Source: an uncultured Erysipelotrichaceae bacterium (GTDB lineage: Bacteria; Bacillota_I; Bacilli_A; RFN20; CAG-826). Taken from it: a stretch of DNA of 64,000 bases. A program made the position numbers and the translations under genes. Below are positions 38,997-50,011 of this stretch, piece after piece (positions within the stretch are counted from its first letter, which is position 1; each line of letters opens with the position of its first letter). The notes under the pieces are model-generated. The model was given only the letters and a program-made list of their open reading frames with translations. It was not told the origin of the DNA and did no database searches. Location: contig CACYSA010000005.1 in assembly GCA_902777015.1 (NCBI GenBank), forward strand, positions 9,031 to 73,030, in the 5' to 3' direction.

Positions 38997-39551
38997 ATGA
39001 AACTGATTGTTGGTTTAGGTAATCCTGGTAAAAAATATGACAAGACACGTCATAATATGGGCTTTATGGCTATCGACCTTTTAGCGGATCAAGCAAAGAT
39101 TGATATCGATAAAGAAGTTTTTCATGCTTTGTTAGGTCGTGGAAAGATTTATAACGAAGACGTGATATTGTTTAAGCCACAAACATTCATGAATTTATCC
39201 GGAACAGCGGTGCAAGAAGTAGTTCATTATTTTAAGATTGAAATGGATGACATCATCGTTGTTTATGATGACATGGCTTTAGAACCAGGGAAGATCAGAT
39301 TGCGTAAGGAAGGCTCTTCTGGTGGTCATAAAGGCATGCAAAACATTATTGATTGTTTATCAACCGACAAGATTAAACGTATTCGTATTGGTATTGGTGA
39401 ACCTGGTGAATGGGATACTGTTGACTTTGTTTTATCAAAACCACTTAAAGACGAACAACCTTTAATCGATCAAGCAATTGAGAATACTGTCGAAGCATTA
39501 AAGGAGGATTTAAGGTCTGATTTTGATCGGGCGATGAACAAATACAACTAA
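38997..39551 (+). CDS. pth: Peptidyl-tRNA hydrolase
   Basis: LIVGLGNPG, TRHNMGF, KPQTFMNLSG, GGHKG. Confidence 0.96.
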   Translation: MKLIVGLGNPGKKYDKTRHNMGFMAIDLLADQAKIDIDKEVFHALLGRGKIYNEDVILFKPQTFMNLSGTAVQEVVHYFKIEMDDIIVVYDDMALEPGKIRLRKEGSSGGHKGMQNIIDCLSTDKIKRIRIGIGEPGEWDTVDFVLSKPLKDEQPLIDQAIENTVEALKEDLRSDFDRAMNKYN

Positions 39552-39566
39552 AAAGGAGGTATCTAA

Positions 39567-42500
39567 TTGGACCTTTTTAGCAAATTAAAAAATAATAATG
39601 TTACCCCCCTCTTCCAAAAGAAAATGGGGCATTTTGTCGTTGATGATAATAATGGAATTGCTCTTTTAGTGGCTTCTTCCTATAAAAATAAAAAAGAACC
39701 ATATTTATTAGTTACTTCTAATTTATTTAAAGCACAGAAACTATATTCTTCTTTAGTGACATTCCTTTCTAGAGATGATGTTTATCTATTTCCAAGTGAT
39801 GAACTTATTAGAGCGGAAACAATTGCACAATCTAAGGAAATGGCGGCGCACCGCCTATTTGTGTTAAATAAAATCTTAAATAAAAAAGATATTATCGTTA
39901 TCGCTAATATCGCTAGTGCATGTCGTTATTTACCTGCGCCTACATTATTTAAAGAAAGAACATTTAATATCAAAGTTGGTAAGAACTATAAACTTGAAGA
40001 TTTAAGAAGACAATTAGTGAATAATGGCTACATTTCCGTTAATAAAGTTGATCAATCATTACAATTCGCTATTAGAGGTGATGTTTTAGATATTTTCTCT
40101 GTAAATAACGATAATCCAGTACGTATTGAGTTTTTTGATGATGAAGTAGAAAGTATTCGTTATTTCGATTTAGCTAAACAAACATCAATTGAACAATTAA
40201 AAGAAGTTACTATCTTACCTGCTTCCGATATCTTATTTAATGAAGAAGAAAAGAAAGAATGCGCGGATAAGTTATATAACAATATTGAAAGAGAAAAAGA
40301 AATCATTGGTTTAACATTATTTGAAAAATTAAGGGACACGGTAGATGATTTAGCCTTCCAAATCAATGATGGACAGATTGATGAAAAAGTTTATAAGTAT
40401 TATGGTTTCTTAACTAACAATCATTATTCGATATTTGATTATTGCAAGGACTATAAAAACGTTTTAGTGGACATAAACGGCATTAAAAACGCTCATGATA
40501 TTCTTCAAAACGATTCAAGAGTCTATTTAGATGAATTATATGAAAATGGTAAAGCCTTACCTAGATTACAGATTTATCAAGACATCACACGTTTAGTGGA
40601 TTTTAATCATAACATTACCACATCTTCATTAATTGATTCACCAAATGCGATTAGTTTCCCTGTTAAAAATATCCCATTCCAAGCATCTAAGAAATCAGAT
40701 GCCATAAATATTATCTTTTCTTATTACAATGATGGCTATCAAGTCATTGTTGCCCTTAATAATAAAGAACATATCCACTTAATTGAGGAAATATTAGACT
40801 TCCAGCATATTAAACACCAATTATTGGATGGCTTTAATTTACCAAAAGAAGGCTATGTAGGTATTACTTTAACTAACTTATCTAGTGGTTTTGCGTTAAG
40901 CGAAGAAAGAATCGCTTATTTAACAAGCGCGGAATTATTTAATGAAAAAGTTAGAACCGCTAGATTTGATAATAGATTTAAAGAAGCCACAATATTAAGA
41001 AGTTATGAAGAACTTGAACCTGGTGATTATGTTGTTCATGAATATCAAGGTATCGGTCAATTTATTTGCTTACAAACTTTAGAAGTTGATGGAGCGCATA
41101 AAGATTATCTTAAAATCGCTTATTGGGGTAATGAATTCTTATATGTTCCAGTTATTCAGTTCCAATTAGTTAGAAAATATTTAGGCAAAGAAGGCGCTGC
41201 GCCTAGATTATCTCATTTACACAGCAAAGACTGGGAAAACACTAAGAAGAAAGTTAAAGCACGTGTTAACGATTTAGCGGAACGATTAATGCAACTTTAT
41301 GTCGAAAGAAGCAAGACGGTAGGATTTTCTTATCAAAAAGATGATGAATTTCAAGAACAATTTGAAAACGAATTTGAATATCCTTTAACTCGTGATCAAC
41401 AAAAAGCATTAGATGAAATTAAACACGATATGGAATCATCTTCACCAATGGATCGGCTACTATGTGGCGATGTTGGATTTGGCAAAACTGAAGTTGCTTT
41501 TAGAGCGGCTTTTAAAGCTATCCTTTCTGGTAAACAAGTTGCTATTTTATGTCCAACTACCTTATTAGCGAGACAACACTACGAATTAGCGATGAAACGC
41601 TTTGCGAATTTTGATGTTAATATTGCTGTCTTCTCTCGACTTGTTAAAACTTCACAACAAAATAAATACATTAAAGAAGTTGAAGAAGGTAAGACACATC
41701 TTATTATTGGTACTCATCGTTTACTTTCTAAAAATCTTCACTTCAAAGATTTGGGTTTATTAATCATTGATGAAGAGCAACGCTTTGGTGTGGAACAAAA
41801 AGAAAGAATCAAAGAATTAAAGAATAATATTGATGTATTAACATTAAGCGCAACGCCTATTCCAAGGACATTACAAATATCTCTAATCGGCGTAAGAAGT
41901 ATGTCTAAGATTGATACTCCTCCACAAGATAGAATGCCAATCCAAACATATGTCACCCCGTTTAAATTAGATGTTGTTAAAGAATTAATCGAAAGAGAGC
42001 TTGGAAGAAACGGACAAGTATTTTTCCTTCATAACAATATCGCTACTTTATATAACCGTGTAGCGACATTACAAAAGATGATGCCAAATGTTCATATCGG
42101 TGTGGCGCATGGCAAGATGGATAGAGAAGATATCGAAGATGTGATGATGCGTTTCTATGAAGGTGAAATCGATGTTTTAGTTTCTACTTCTATTATTGAA
42201 AACGGCATTGATGTCCCTAACGCTAATATGATTATCGTTGAAGATAGTGAGAACTATGGTTTATCACAGTTATATCAAATCAAAGGTCGAGTTGGTCGTT
42301 CTTCTAGAATTGCTTACGCTTATTTAATGTATAGCGAATATAAAGTCTTAAATGAAAAAGCACAAAAGAGATTAAAAGCTCTTCAAGATTTCACAGAACT
42401 TGGTAGTGGCTATAAGATTGCCCAGCGTGACTTGATGATTAGAGGTGCAGGTGACATCTTAGGACCAGAACAAGCAGGATTCATTGATTCCATCGGTTTA

Positions 42501-43046
42501 GATATGTATATCAAATTATTAAATGAAGCCGTTAAGGAAAAGATGGAAGGAACAGAAACTGTTGAAGAAGAAGTTGAAATCAATCCAACACTTAATGTTG
42601 ATGCTTATATTCCAAATAGCTACGCAAAAGAAGGAGATAAGATTGAACTCTACCAAGAGATCCTTCATGCGCCTACATTATTTGATTTAGATTATATTAA
42701 AGAAAAGACTAGAGATGTTTATGGTCGTCTTCCAGAAGAAGTTGAATCATTATTCGCTAAAAGAAGCATTGATTTATTAACAAAAGAAGCTCATGTTTTG
42801 AAGTTAACTGATAAACCAAAGTTTGTGGAAATTACTTTAGGAGACGAATATATTAATATCAAAGGTATAGGAAACATTCTTTTTGAAGCATTAATCCCAT
42901 TTTTAGCGTTTGTCAAAATCAGCTACGCTAATAACGTATTTAGAATCTTATTAACCAAGGGTAAAAATTGGATTCATGACTTAGAAAATATTCTTAAAAG
43001 TTTATTAGAAATTCAGACCCATTTTGTCATAAAGGAAATCAATTAA
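39567..43046 (+). CDS. mfd: Transcription-repair coupling factor
   Basis: TTG start after AGGAGG; GDYVVH, MDRLLCGDVGFGKTEVA, IIDEEQRFGV, QIKGRVGRS, RGAGDILG. Confidence 0.97.
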   Translation: MDLFSKLKNNNVTPLFQKKMGHFVVDDNNGIALLVASSYKNKKEPYLLVTSNLFKAQKLYSSLVTFLSRDDVYLFPSDELIRAETIAQSKEMAAHRLFVLNKILNKKDIIVIANIASACRYLPAPTLFKERTFNIKVGKNYKLEDLRRQLVNNGYISVNKVDQSLQFAIRGDVLDIFSVNNDNPVRIEFFDDEVESIRYFDLAKQTSIEQLKEVTILPASDILFNEEEKKECADKLYNNIEREKEIIGLTLFEKLRDTVDDLAFQINDGQIDEKVYKYYGFLTNNHYSIFDYCKDYKNVLVDINGIKNAHDILQNDSRVYLDELYENGKALPRLQIYQDITRLVDFNHNITTSSLIDSPNAISFPVKNIPFQASKKSDAINIIFSYYNDGYQVIVALNNKEHIHLIEEILDFQHIKHQLLDGFNLPKEGYVGITLTNLSSGFALSEERIAYLTSAELFNEKVRTARFDNRFKEATILRSYEELEPGDYVVHEYQGIGQFICLQTLEVDGAHKDYLKIAYWGNEFLYVPVIQFQLVRKYLGKEGAAPRLSHLHSKDWENTKKKVKARVNDLAERLMQLYVERSKTVGFSYQKDDEFQEQFENEFEYPLTRDQQKALDEIKHDMESSSPMDRLLCGDVGFGKTEVAFRAAFKAILSGKQVAILCPTTLLARQHYELAMKRFANFDVNIAVFSRLVKTSQQNKYIKEVEEGKTHLIIGTHRLLSKNLHFKDLGLLIIDEEQRFGVEQKERIKELKNNIDVLTLSATPIPRTLQISLIGVRSMSKIDTPPQDRMPIQTYVTPFKLDVVKELIERELGRNGQVFFLHNNIATLYNRVATLQKMMPNVHIGVAHGKMDREDIEDVMMRFYEGEIDVLVSTSIIENGIDVPNANMIIVEDSENYGLSQLYQIKGRVGRSSRIAYAYLMYSEYKVLNEKAQKRLKALQDFTELGSGYKIAQRDLMIRGAGDILGPEQAGFIDSIGLDMYIKLLNEAVKEKMEGTETVEEEVEINPTLNVDAYIPNSYAKEGDKIELYQEILHAPTLFDLDYIKEKTRDVYGRLPEEVESLFAKRSIDLLTKEAHVLKLTDKPKFVEITLGDEYINIKGIGNILFEALIPFLAFVKISYANNVFRILLTKGKNWIHDLENILKSLLEIQTHFVIKEIN

Positions 43047-43048
43047 TT

Positions 43049-43306
43049 ATGCGCTTAGATTTAGTACTAAAATTATCCGGTTTGATCAAGAGAAGAACCG
43101 TTGCAAAAGAGCTTGCCGAACGTGGCAAAATTTTGATTAATGATCGCGTTGCAAAACCATCAAGTGAAGTCAAAGAAGGAGACACTTTGGAACTCAGATT
43201 AGGCAACAGAATTTTAGTCGTAGAAATTAATTATGTTCTTAAGTTTAAAAAGGAATTTCCAGTCTATAAAGAAGTGCTTACTAAGAAGGTAAATAGCGAT
43301 GCTTGA
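43049..43306 (+). CDS. S4-domain RNA-binding protein (YabO/RqcP-like)
   Basis: MRLDLVLK...IKRRTVAK...KPSSEVKEGD; conserved position after mfd. Confidence 0.88.
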   Translation: MRLDLVLKLSGLIKRRTVAKELAERGKILINDRVAKPSSEVKEGDTLELRLGNRILVVEINYVLKFKKEFPVYKEVLTKKVNSDA

Positions 43307-44504
43307 TTTGGACAAAAACCAAAAATATTTATTAGCGTGTTCCCATGGTCCAGACTCTATGGCGCTTTTACACATGCTAAAAAATGAAGGTTATAACTTT
43401 TCAGTCGCTCACGTTAATTATCATCTCCGTAAAGAATCAGATGAAGAACAAAAACAACTAACCAATTATTGCAATAAAAATAACATCGAAATATATGTTA
43501 AAGAAGTCAATGAATCGTTAGGAAAATCTAACTTAGAAGAACAATGTCGAATCATTCGTTATACATTCTTCAAAGAACTGGTAAACAAACACAATTTTTA
43601 TGCTGTTTTAGTGGCCCATAATGAAGATGACCTCATTGAGACATATTTAATGCAAAAAACTCGGCAAAACTTGGTTCAATTTTTCGGAATTAAGCAAAAT
43701 CCCATTATTTTTGACATAAAAATCATTCGACCTGTGCTACAGTTTACAAAACAAGATCTTTTGCTTTTTTGCCAGGTAAATTGTGTTGAATATTCGATTG
43801 ATAAAACTAACTTAGAAGACGTCTTTCTTCGTAACAAAATTCGTCATCAAGTCGTTGAGAAAATGTCACGTGAAGAAAGAGATAATATCTTAAAAGAAAT
43901 CAAAGAGAAAAATGATGAGCTTTCCGCTCTTAATGAAAGAATCTCTTCAATCATTAGTAGCAATAAACTGTCTGATTATAATAGGTTAACTGATGATGAG
44001 TTCTTATACGCCATTGTGAAACTTGGAAGAAGCAAAAAACCCAACTTCACATTAAGTAGAAATCAAGGTTTAGAATTAAGAAAAATCTTCAATTCTGATA
44101 AGGCAAACATCTCAGTAAATGTTTCTAATTTATTGCTCGTTAAAAGCTATGATTCTTTCTATTTGGAAGACGCTGATGAAGCGATAAATTATGAATACAA
44201 AATTGATAAACCAATTGAGTTAGACACTCCATATTTTTATTTAGATTTTACAGGTGATACAACTAATCGAAATATCACTACTGATGACTATCCTTTAACT
44301 ATCAGAAATGCGCATAGTGACGATAGCTATTGTATTAAAGGTTACGAGAAAAAAATTAGGCGCTTATTTATTGACTGGAAGATGCCAATTTTGATAAGAA
44401 AAAGGTGGCCAGTAATTATCAATAAAAATGGCCGCATTATCTACATTCCTCGTTACAAAAGTGATTTTGTTAAAGAAGAAAAGTGCAATTTTTACGTTAA
44501 ATAG
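43299..44504 (+). CDS. tilS: tRNA(Ile)-lysidine synthetase
   Basis: ACSHGPDSMAL, HVNYHLR, AHNEDD, RNKIRH, RRLFIDWKMP. Confidence 0.92.
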   Translation: MLDLDKNQKYLLACSHGPDSMALLHMLKNEGYNFSVAHVNYHLRKESDEEQKQLTNYCNKNNIEIYVKEVNESLGKSNLEEQCRIIRYTFFKELVNKHNFYAVLVAHNEDDLIETYLMQKTRQNLVQFFGIKQNPIIFDIKIIRPVLQFTKQDLLLFCQVNCVEYSIDKTNLEDVFLRNKIRHQVVEKMSREERDNILKEIKEKNDELSALNERISSIISSNKLSDYNRLTDDEFLYAIVKLGRSKKPNFTLSRNQGLELRKIFNSDKANISVNVSNLLLVKSYDSFYLEDADEAINYEYKIDKPIELDTPYFYLDFTGDTTNRNITTDDYPLTIRNAHSDDSYCIKGYEKKIRRLFIDWKMPILIRKRWPVIINKNGRIIYIPRYKSDFVKEEKCNFYVK

Positions 44505-44588
44505 TTTCCATTAGGTGTGTTTTTCTTTTATAAATAAAGAAATGTGGTTATAATAAGTCGACATCTTAAATATTAGGAGGTACTAATT

Positions 44589-46649
44589 ATGGATGAAGAA
44601 AACAATAGACCTCAAAATCGTGGTGTATCTAGAAGTTTTATTTTCTCAATTATCTTTGTTGGTCTAATTCTTGCCCTAGTTGCTTACTTTGTATTTTCCA
44701 ATTTAAATACCGCTAAAGTTATTAGCTATCAAGAATTTGCTCAATATTTAGGTCAAGGCAAAGTTAATGATGTCCAATTAGTGGAAGCTCAAACTGTTGT
44801 TACCGCTAATGGTCACTACACCTTAACTGATTCTCAAGGTAAGAAAGTTACCACAACATTCACCACAAATATTCCTCGTGAAGTTTGTGATCAACCTTTG
44901 AAATGGTACATTGACCTTGATGGTGATGGTGCAAGAGAAGACATCGATGCTTCTATTTATCAAATGATTAATGAAATTGAAAAAGGTAATGATTCTAAAC
45001 CAGAAAAAGAAAAATTTACTGTGACAGTCAAGAATCCTTATCAAGTTTCATGGTGGGATCAATGGGGCCCAACAATCATCTTAGTCGGTGTGACAGCCTT
45101 ATTGTTCTTATTCCTCTTCTCAAGAATGTCTTCAACAGTCAATTCTTCCAATAGACAAGCGATGGACTTCAACCGTTCACGTGCTAGAAGAGTTAACACA
45201 AGCAAAATCAAATTCGATGATGTTGCGGGTGCTGATGAAGAAAAAGCAGAAATGCAAGAGCTCGTTTCTTACTTAAAAGAACCAAAGAAATACACAAGAT
45301 TAGGCGCCAAATTACCAAAAGGTGTCCTACTTGTAGGACATCCTGGCTGTGGTAAGACTTTATTGGCCAAAGCCGTTGCTGGTGAAGCTGGTGTTCCATT
45401 CTTCTCAATTTCAGGTTCTGACTTCGTCGAAATGTTCGTTGGTGTCGGTGCGGGACGTGTGAGAGATATGTTCAGAATCGCTAAAGAAAATGCTCCATGC
45501 TTAATCTTTATCGATGAAATCGATGCTGTTGGTAGACAAAGAGGTGCTGGCTTAGGTGGTGGTAACGATGAACGTGAACAAACACTTAACCAATTATTAG
45601 TCGAAATGGATGGCTTCAATGATAACTCTGGTATTATCGTTATCGCTGCGACAAATAGAGACGACGTTTTAGACCCAGCCTTATTGAGAGCGGGACGTTT
45701 CGATAGAAAGATTACAGTTAATTTACCTGATAGAAAAGGTAGAGAAGCAATCTTCAAAGTCCATTCTCGTAACAAACAATTAGATGAATCAGTTAACTTT
45801 GAAAATATTTCAAAGCGTACTGTCGGTTTCAGTGGTGCTGATATTGAAAATATCATGAATGAAGCTGCTATCTTAGCAATCCGTGCTGGTAGAGAAAAGA
45901 TTACTGTTGATGATATTGATGAAGCTATTGACCGTCGTGTTGCTGGCCCAGCCAAATCTTCTCGTTCTTTAACAAAGAAAGAAAAAGAAATGATTGCCTA
46001 CCACGAAAGTGGCCACGCAATTATTGGCTTAAGATATCCTCATTCAGATAAAGTTCAAAAGATTACAATCATCCCACGTGGTAATACAGGCGGTCACGTC
46101 CGTATGACACCTGAAGATGATCGCTTCACAAGCAGTAAGAAAGAATTAATCGCTCGTATCGTCGGCCTAATGGGTGGACGCGCTAGCGAAGAAGTCTTCT
46201 GTGATGATATCTCCAATGGCGCTTCCAGCGACATTGAAATGGCAACCGCTCTTGCACGCGCTATGGTGTGCGAATGGGGTATGTCTTCATTAGGACCAAT
46301 TCAATACGAAAGAGATACAGGCAGTGTCTTCTTAGGAAGAGATTACACCAGTACCCAAAAGAATTTCTCCGTTGAAACTGCAACAAAAATTGATGCAGAA
46401 ATCCGTAAGATTATCGATGATGCTCACGCTGAAGCAATTCGTGTTATCAAAGAGAATAAAGCTGATGTTGAACTCTTAGCAAAAACATTAATTGAACACG
46501 AACAAATCACCGGTGAAGAAATCGATTATTTGATGGAACATCGTCATCTTCTTCGCGATGAAAAAGTCGAAGCTCCAGTAGCAGAACAAGCACCTGAACA
46601 AAAGGTGGAAGAACCTGCTCCTGAAGTGAAAACTGAAGAAGAAAAATAA
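44589..46649 (+). CDS. ftsH: ATP-dependent zinc metalloprotease FtsH
   Basis: Two TM; [34 protein letters not shown]. Confidence 0.97.
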   Translation: MDEENNRPQNRGVSRSFIFSIIFVGLILALVAYFVFSNLNTAKVISYQEFAQYLGQGKVNDVQLVEAQTVVTANGHYTLTDSQGKKVTTTFTTNIPREVCDQPLKWYIDLDGDGAREDIDASIYQMINEIEKGNDSKPEKEKFTVTVKNPYQVSWWDQWGPTIILVGVTALLFLFLFSRMSSTVNSSNRQAMDFNRSRARRVNTSKIKFDDVAGADEEKAEMQELVSYLKEPKKYTRLGAKLPKGVLLVGHPGCGKTLLAKAVAGEAGVPFFSISGSDFVEMFVGVGAGRVRDMFRIAKENAPCLIFIDEIDAVGRQRGAGLGGGNDEREQTLNQLLVEMDGFNDNSGIIVIAATNRDDVLDPALLRAGRFDRKITVNLPDRKGREAIFKVHSRNKQLDESVNFENISKRTVGFSGADIENIMNEAAILAIRAGREKITVDDIDEAIDRRVAGPAKSSRSLTKKEKEMIAYHESGHAIIGLRYPHSDKVQKITIIPRGNTGGHVRMTPEDDRFTSSKKELIARIVGLMGGRASEEVFCDDISNGASSDIEMATALARAMVCEWGMSSLGPIQYERDTGSVFLGRDYTSTQKNFSVETATKIDAEIRKIIDDAHAEAIRVIKENKADVELLAKTLIEHEQITGEEIDYLMEHRHLLRDEKVEAPVAEQAPEQKVEEPAPEVKTEEEK

Positions 46650-46657
46650 TTAAAACT

Positions 46658-46680
46658 AGGAAGGGCAAAACCTTCCTTTT
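46658..46680 (+). terminator. Possible intrinsic terminator after ftsH
   Basis: AGGAAGG-GCAAAA-CCTTCCT plus TTT; ends just before the dusB start. Confidence 0.5.
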
Positions 46681-46683
46681 ACT

Positions 46684-47661
46684 ATGTGGAAATTAGGTAA
46701 CTTAGACATCAAAGGAAAAGTCGTTCTTGCCCCCATGGCAGGAGTAACAAGTGCAGGTTATAGAAAATACCTCAATACTTTTGGCGTGGACGTTTGTGTT
46801 TCTGAGATGGTTAGCGATATGGGGTTAATTTATCAAAACAAAGAAACAGAATCTTACGTTACTTATGAAAAAGATCAAACAATTACTGGCGTGCAACTAT
46901 TCGGCGCTAAGGCTGAAAACTTGGCGAAAGCTGCAGCCGTATCGCTTACTTTAAACCCTAACATTGACTTCTTTGATGTTAATATGGGTTGCCCTGTTCC
47001 TAAGGTCACTAAGACCGGTGCGGGGTCCGCTTTAATGCTTAATCCTAAGCTTTGTGGCGATATCATTAAAGCTATTAAGCAAGTAACGGATAAGCCAGTA
47101 ACCGCAAAGATAAGATTAGGCTATAATGAGGTTAACTTTTTAGATGTCATCAAAGAGCTTGAAAATGCAGGAGTGGACGCTATTGCAATCCACGCTAGAA
47201 CAAGAAAAGAACTCTATATGGGAACACCTCATTTTGACTTGTTAAAAGACTTAAGAAGTAAGATGAAAGTACCTCTTATTGTTTCTGGAAATATATACAC
47301 TTTAGATGACGCAATTAACGCTTTAGAAATCACAGGAGCGGATGCTGTCATGGTGGCGCGTGGTGGTATGGGAAATCCATATCTCATTACCCAAATAAAA
47401 CACTATTTTGAAACAGGCGAAAGACTATTAAATCCATCCTTTGATGAACAGTGCAAATACTGTTTAGAATTAGCAAAATCAATATGTGAAGAAAAAGGTG
47501 AATTGACAGCGATGAGAATATATCGTGGTATTGCTCCTAAATTCTTCTCTGGATTCGCTAATTCTAGAACGCTTAGAACAGTCTTAGCAACATCACTTAC
47601 CGACTACCAATCTCTAGTGAACATTCTTGATGAATTCAAGAAAGAAAATATGAATTTTTAA
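46684..47661 (+). CDS. dusB: tRNA-dihydrouridine synthase
   Basis: LAPMAGVT, QLFG, DVNMGCPVPKV, KIRLG, IHART, VMVARG. Confidence 0.92.
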   Translation: MWKLGNLDIKGKVVLAPMAGVTSAGYRKYLNTFGVDVCVSEMVSDMGLIYQNKETESYVTYEKDQTITGVQLFGAKAENLAKAAAVSLTLNPNIDFFDVNMGCPVPKVTKTGAGSALMLNPKLCGDIIKAIKQVTDKPVTAKIRLGYNEVNFLDVIKELENAGVDAIAIHARTRKELYMGTPHFDLLKDLRSKMKVPLIVSGNIYTLDDAINALEITGADAVMVARGGMGNPYLITQIKHYFETGERLLNPSFDEQCKYCLELAKSICEEKGELTAMRIYRGIAPKFFSGFANSRTLRTVLATSLTDYQSLVNILDEFKKENMNF

Positions 47662-47734
47662 GTTTTGACTACTTAATGTCAAAAAACTCGTATATAGTAT
47701 TAAGGCGTGGATATTTGAAAGGAAAGTTGAAAAT

Positions 47735-49219
47735 ATGAACATTAATGAATTAAACGACCAAGAACTAATCCGTTTAGAAAAGATTAAAAAATACCAAGAA
47801 TTAGGTATTGATCCATTTGGTCAAGCTTATAAAGTTTCCCATTCGATTAAAGAGATTCGTGCTTTGTGCAATAAGAAATCAGAAAAAGCCCTTGCTAAAA
47901 TGGCTTTAAAAGTTTCTGTTGCAGGTAGAATCAAAGCTATTCGTAAAATGGGTAAAGCCTCCTTTATGAATATCCAAGATAAAACTGGTAATATCCAAGT
48001 TTACTTATCACTTGATGGTTTAGGCAAAAAAAATTACGAACTTTTCAAGATGGCTGACATTGGTGATATCGTCGGTATCAAAGGTATTATGAATTTAACA
48101 AGAACTGGTGAATTAACAATCAAAGCCCAAAAGTTCATTCACTTAACAAAATGCTTACATCCATTACCAGAAAAATTCCATGGTTTAACTGACGTTGAAG
48201 AGCGTTCAAGAAGAAGATATTTAGACTTAATTATGAATGAAGAAGCTCGTAAAGTTGCCTTTATGAGACCACAAATCATTCGTAGTATTCAACACTTCCT
48301 CGACGGCAAAGGCTTCACCGAAGTTGAGACATCAATTCTCTCTCCAATTTTAGGTGGTGCTTCCGCTCGTCCATTCATTACACATCACAATACTTTGGAT
48401 AAAGATTTCTATTTAAGAATCGCTACAGAACTTAACCTCAAACGTTTACTCGTTGGTGGTATGGAAAGAGTGTATGAAATTGGTAGACTTTTCCGTAATG
48501 AAGGTATGGATGCTTCTCATAACCCAGAATTCACCACGATTGAGATTTATCAAGCCTACTCTGATTTAAAAGGTATTGGTGACTTAACTGAGAAGATGAT
48601 TAGAAACGCCGCTAAAGAAGTCACAGGTTCAGCAATTATCACATACGGTGATCAACAAATCAACTTCAAAGACCCATTCAAATGGATTTCAATGAACGAC
48701 TTAATTAAAGAAAAATGTGGCATTGATTTTAAGGCTGTTAAAACATATGAAGAAGCTAAGAAATTAGCGGATGAAAAAGGCTTACATTTAGACAAATTTA
48801 AGAACACAGTTGGCTATGTCATGAACGAGTTCTTTGAAGAGTTCTGCCAAGCCGATTTAATTCAACCTACCTTTGTTTATGAATATCCAATTGAAGTTTC
48901 TCCATTAACTAAGAAAGAAAAAGATCCAAGATTCGTTCAAAGATTTGAATTATTCGTTAATGGTCGTGAGCTCGCTAACGCCTATACAGAACTTAACGAT
49001 CCACTAGATCAAGAAGAAAGATTCCTTGCCCAATTAGAAGCTAAGAAATTAGGCGATGAAGAAGCAAGCGAAATGGATAAAGACTTCGTCGAAGCTCTTG
49101 AATATGGCATGCCTCCAACAGGTGGCGTTGGCATGGGTATTGATAGATTAGTTATGCTATTAACCAACCAACCACAAATCCGTGAAGTCATCCTCTTCCC
49201 AACAATGAGAGATAGATAA
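47735..49219 (+). CDS. lysS: Lysine--tRNA ligase (class II)
   Basis: LPEKFHGL, GGASARPF, RIATEL, FRNEG, YGMPPTGGVGMGIDRL. Confidence 0.97.
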   Translation: MNINELNDQELIRLEKIKKYQELGIDPFGQAYKVSHSIKEIRALCNKKSEKALAKMALKVSVAGRIKAIRKMGKASFMNIQDKTGNIQVYLSLDGLGKKNYELFKMADIGDIVGIKGIMNLTRTGELTIKAQKFIHLTKCLHPLPEKFHGLTDVEERSRRRYLDLIMNEEARKVAFMRPQIIRSIQHFLDGKGFTEVETSILSPILGGASARPFITHHNTLDKDFYLRIATELNLKRLLVGGMERVYEIGRLFRNEGMDASHNPEFTTIEIYQAYSDLKGIGDLTEKMIRNAAKEVTGSAIITYGDQQINFKDPFKWISMNDLIKEKCGIDFKAVKTYEEAKKLADEKGLHLDKFKNTVGYVMNEFFEEFCQADLIQPTFVYEYPIEVSPLTKKEKDPRFVQRFELFVNGRELANAYTELNDPLDQEERFLAQLEAKKLGDEEASEMDKDFVEALEYGMPPTGGVGMGIDRLVMLLTNQPQIREVILFPTMRDR

Positions 49220-49260
49220 TTTCAAAAAAAATAAAAATATTTCGGACAAAAATCAAAAAC

Positions 49261-49289
49261 AGCCCCTACTAAAGATATGAGGGGCTTTT
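49261..49289. terminator. Terminator after lysS (possibly bidirectional)
   Basis: AGCCCCT...AGGGGCT with A-rich left and T-rich right flanks. Confidence 0.7.
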
Positions 49290-49362
49290 CTAATGGTTTA
49301 TCTAACTTTTCCATTAAATAGTTCCTCATTACCTAGGTAAAAATGTCGAAAGGAGTTGATCC

Positions 49363-49482
49363 ATGAGACATTTAAAGGGCAGTTGCTATCTGACTTTAGA
49401 TTATTGGAATGCAGGAACTAATTCTTGTATTATTGCTGTGCTATTAATTTTGGTTGCTTTGAAGAAGTCTTCCATTAGGTAG
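49363..49482 (+). CDS. Putative 39-aa small hydrophobic peptide
   Basis: AAGGAG RBS; MRHLKGSCYLTLDYWNAGTNSCIIAVLLILVALKKSSIR; not in the ORF track. Confidence 0.4.
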   Translation: MRHLKGSCYLTLDYWNAGTNSCIIAVLLILVALKKSSIR

Positions 49483-49600
49483 TTTCTTCATAAAAAAGAA
49501 GGGCTTTGCAACCCCTTCAAAAAAACCAATATTATTATACCAAAACCATAGTCAAAGTCAACGGGCATCTGCCCGCCTAGCACTAAGTGTACGTACGCGC

Positions 49601-49629
49601 TTTACAAATGGAAAGAACACTAGTATAAT
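49601..49629 (+). promoter_or_regulatory. SigA promoter of rpsF operon
   Basis: TTTACA-17 nt-TATAAT. Confidence 0.7.
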
Positions 49630-49656
49630 TGTCACGCTAACTTAATTAGCACAAAT

Positions 49657-49700
49657 CTCTGCTACCAAGAGAATATGGTAGCCATTAGACCAGAGGGAGG
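49657..49700 (+). promoter_or_regulatory. rpsF leader (S6:S18-binding autoregulatory RNA)
   Basis: CTCTG/CAGAG outer stem overlapping the RBS, GCTACCA/TGGTAGC inner stem and adjacent CCA, directly upstream of rpsF. Confidence 0.7.
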
Positions 49701-49708
49701 TAAATAAA

Positions 49709-49999
49709 ATGCGCAATTATGAAATTATGTACATTTTGAAAGCCGACTTAGACGAAGCCGCTCGTGAAGCAGAAATGAACAATGTTCAAGCTCTTCTCGA
49801 AAAGAACGGCGCCAAGGTTAACAATACAGATACCAAGATGGGTTTACGCGAATTAGCGTACGAAATCAAGGATCAAACCAAAGGTTTCTACGTCGTCCTC
49901 AAAGTGGAAGCTGATGAGAATGCACTTTATCAATTCAATCGTAAAGTCAAAATCAATCCAGCCGTGTTACGTCACTTAGTCACAGTTGATCAACAATAA
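49709..49999 (+). CDS. rpsF: 30S ribosomal protein S6
   Basis: MRNYEIMYIL, GLRELAYEI, VLRHLV. Confidence 0.96.
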   Translation: MRNYEIMYILKADLDEAAREAEMNNVQALLEKNGAKVNNTDTKMGLRELAYEIKDQTKGFYVVLKVEADENALYQFNRKVKINPAVLRHLVTVDQQ

Positions 50000-50011
50000 G
50001 GAGGACAACAC

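Noticed and set aside
45269-45955. 228-aa minus ORF and the other short ORFs nested in or antisense to long genes (e.g. 5324-5740, 15605-16012, 18717-19148)
   Set aside because: Shadow frames of well-supported genes, with no recognisable motifs or RBS.
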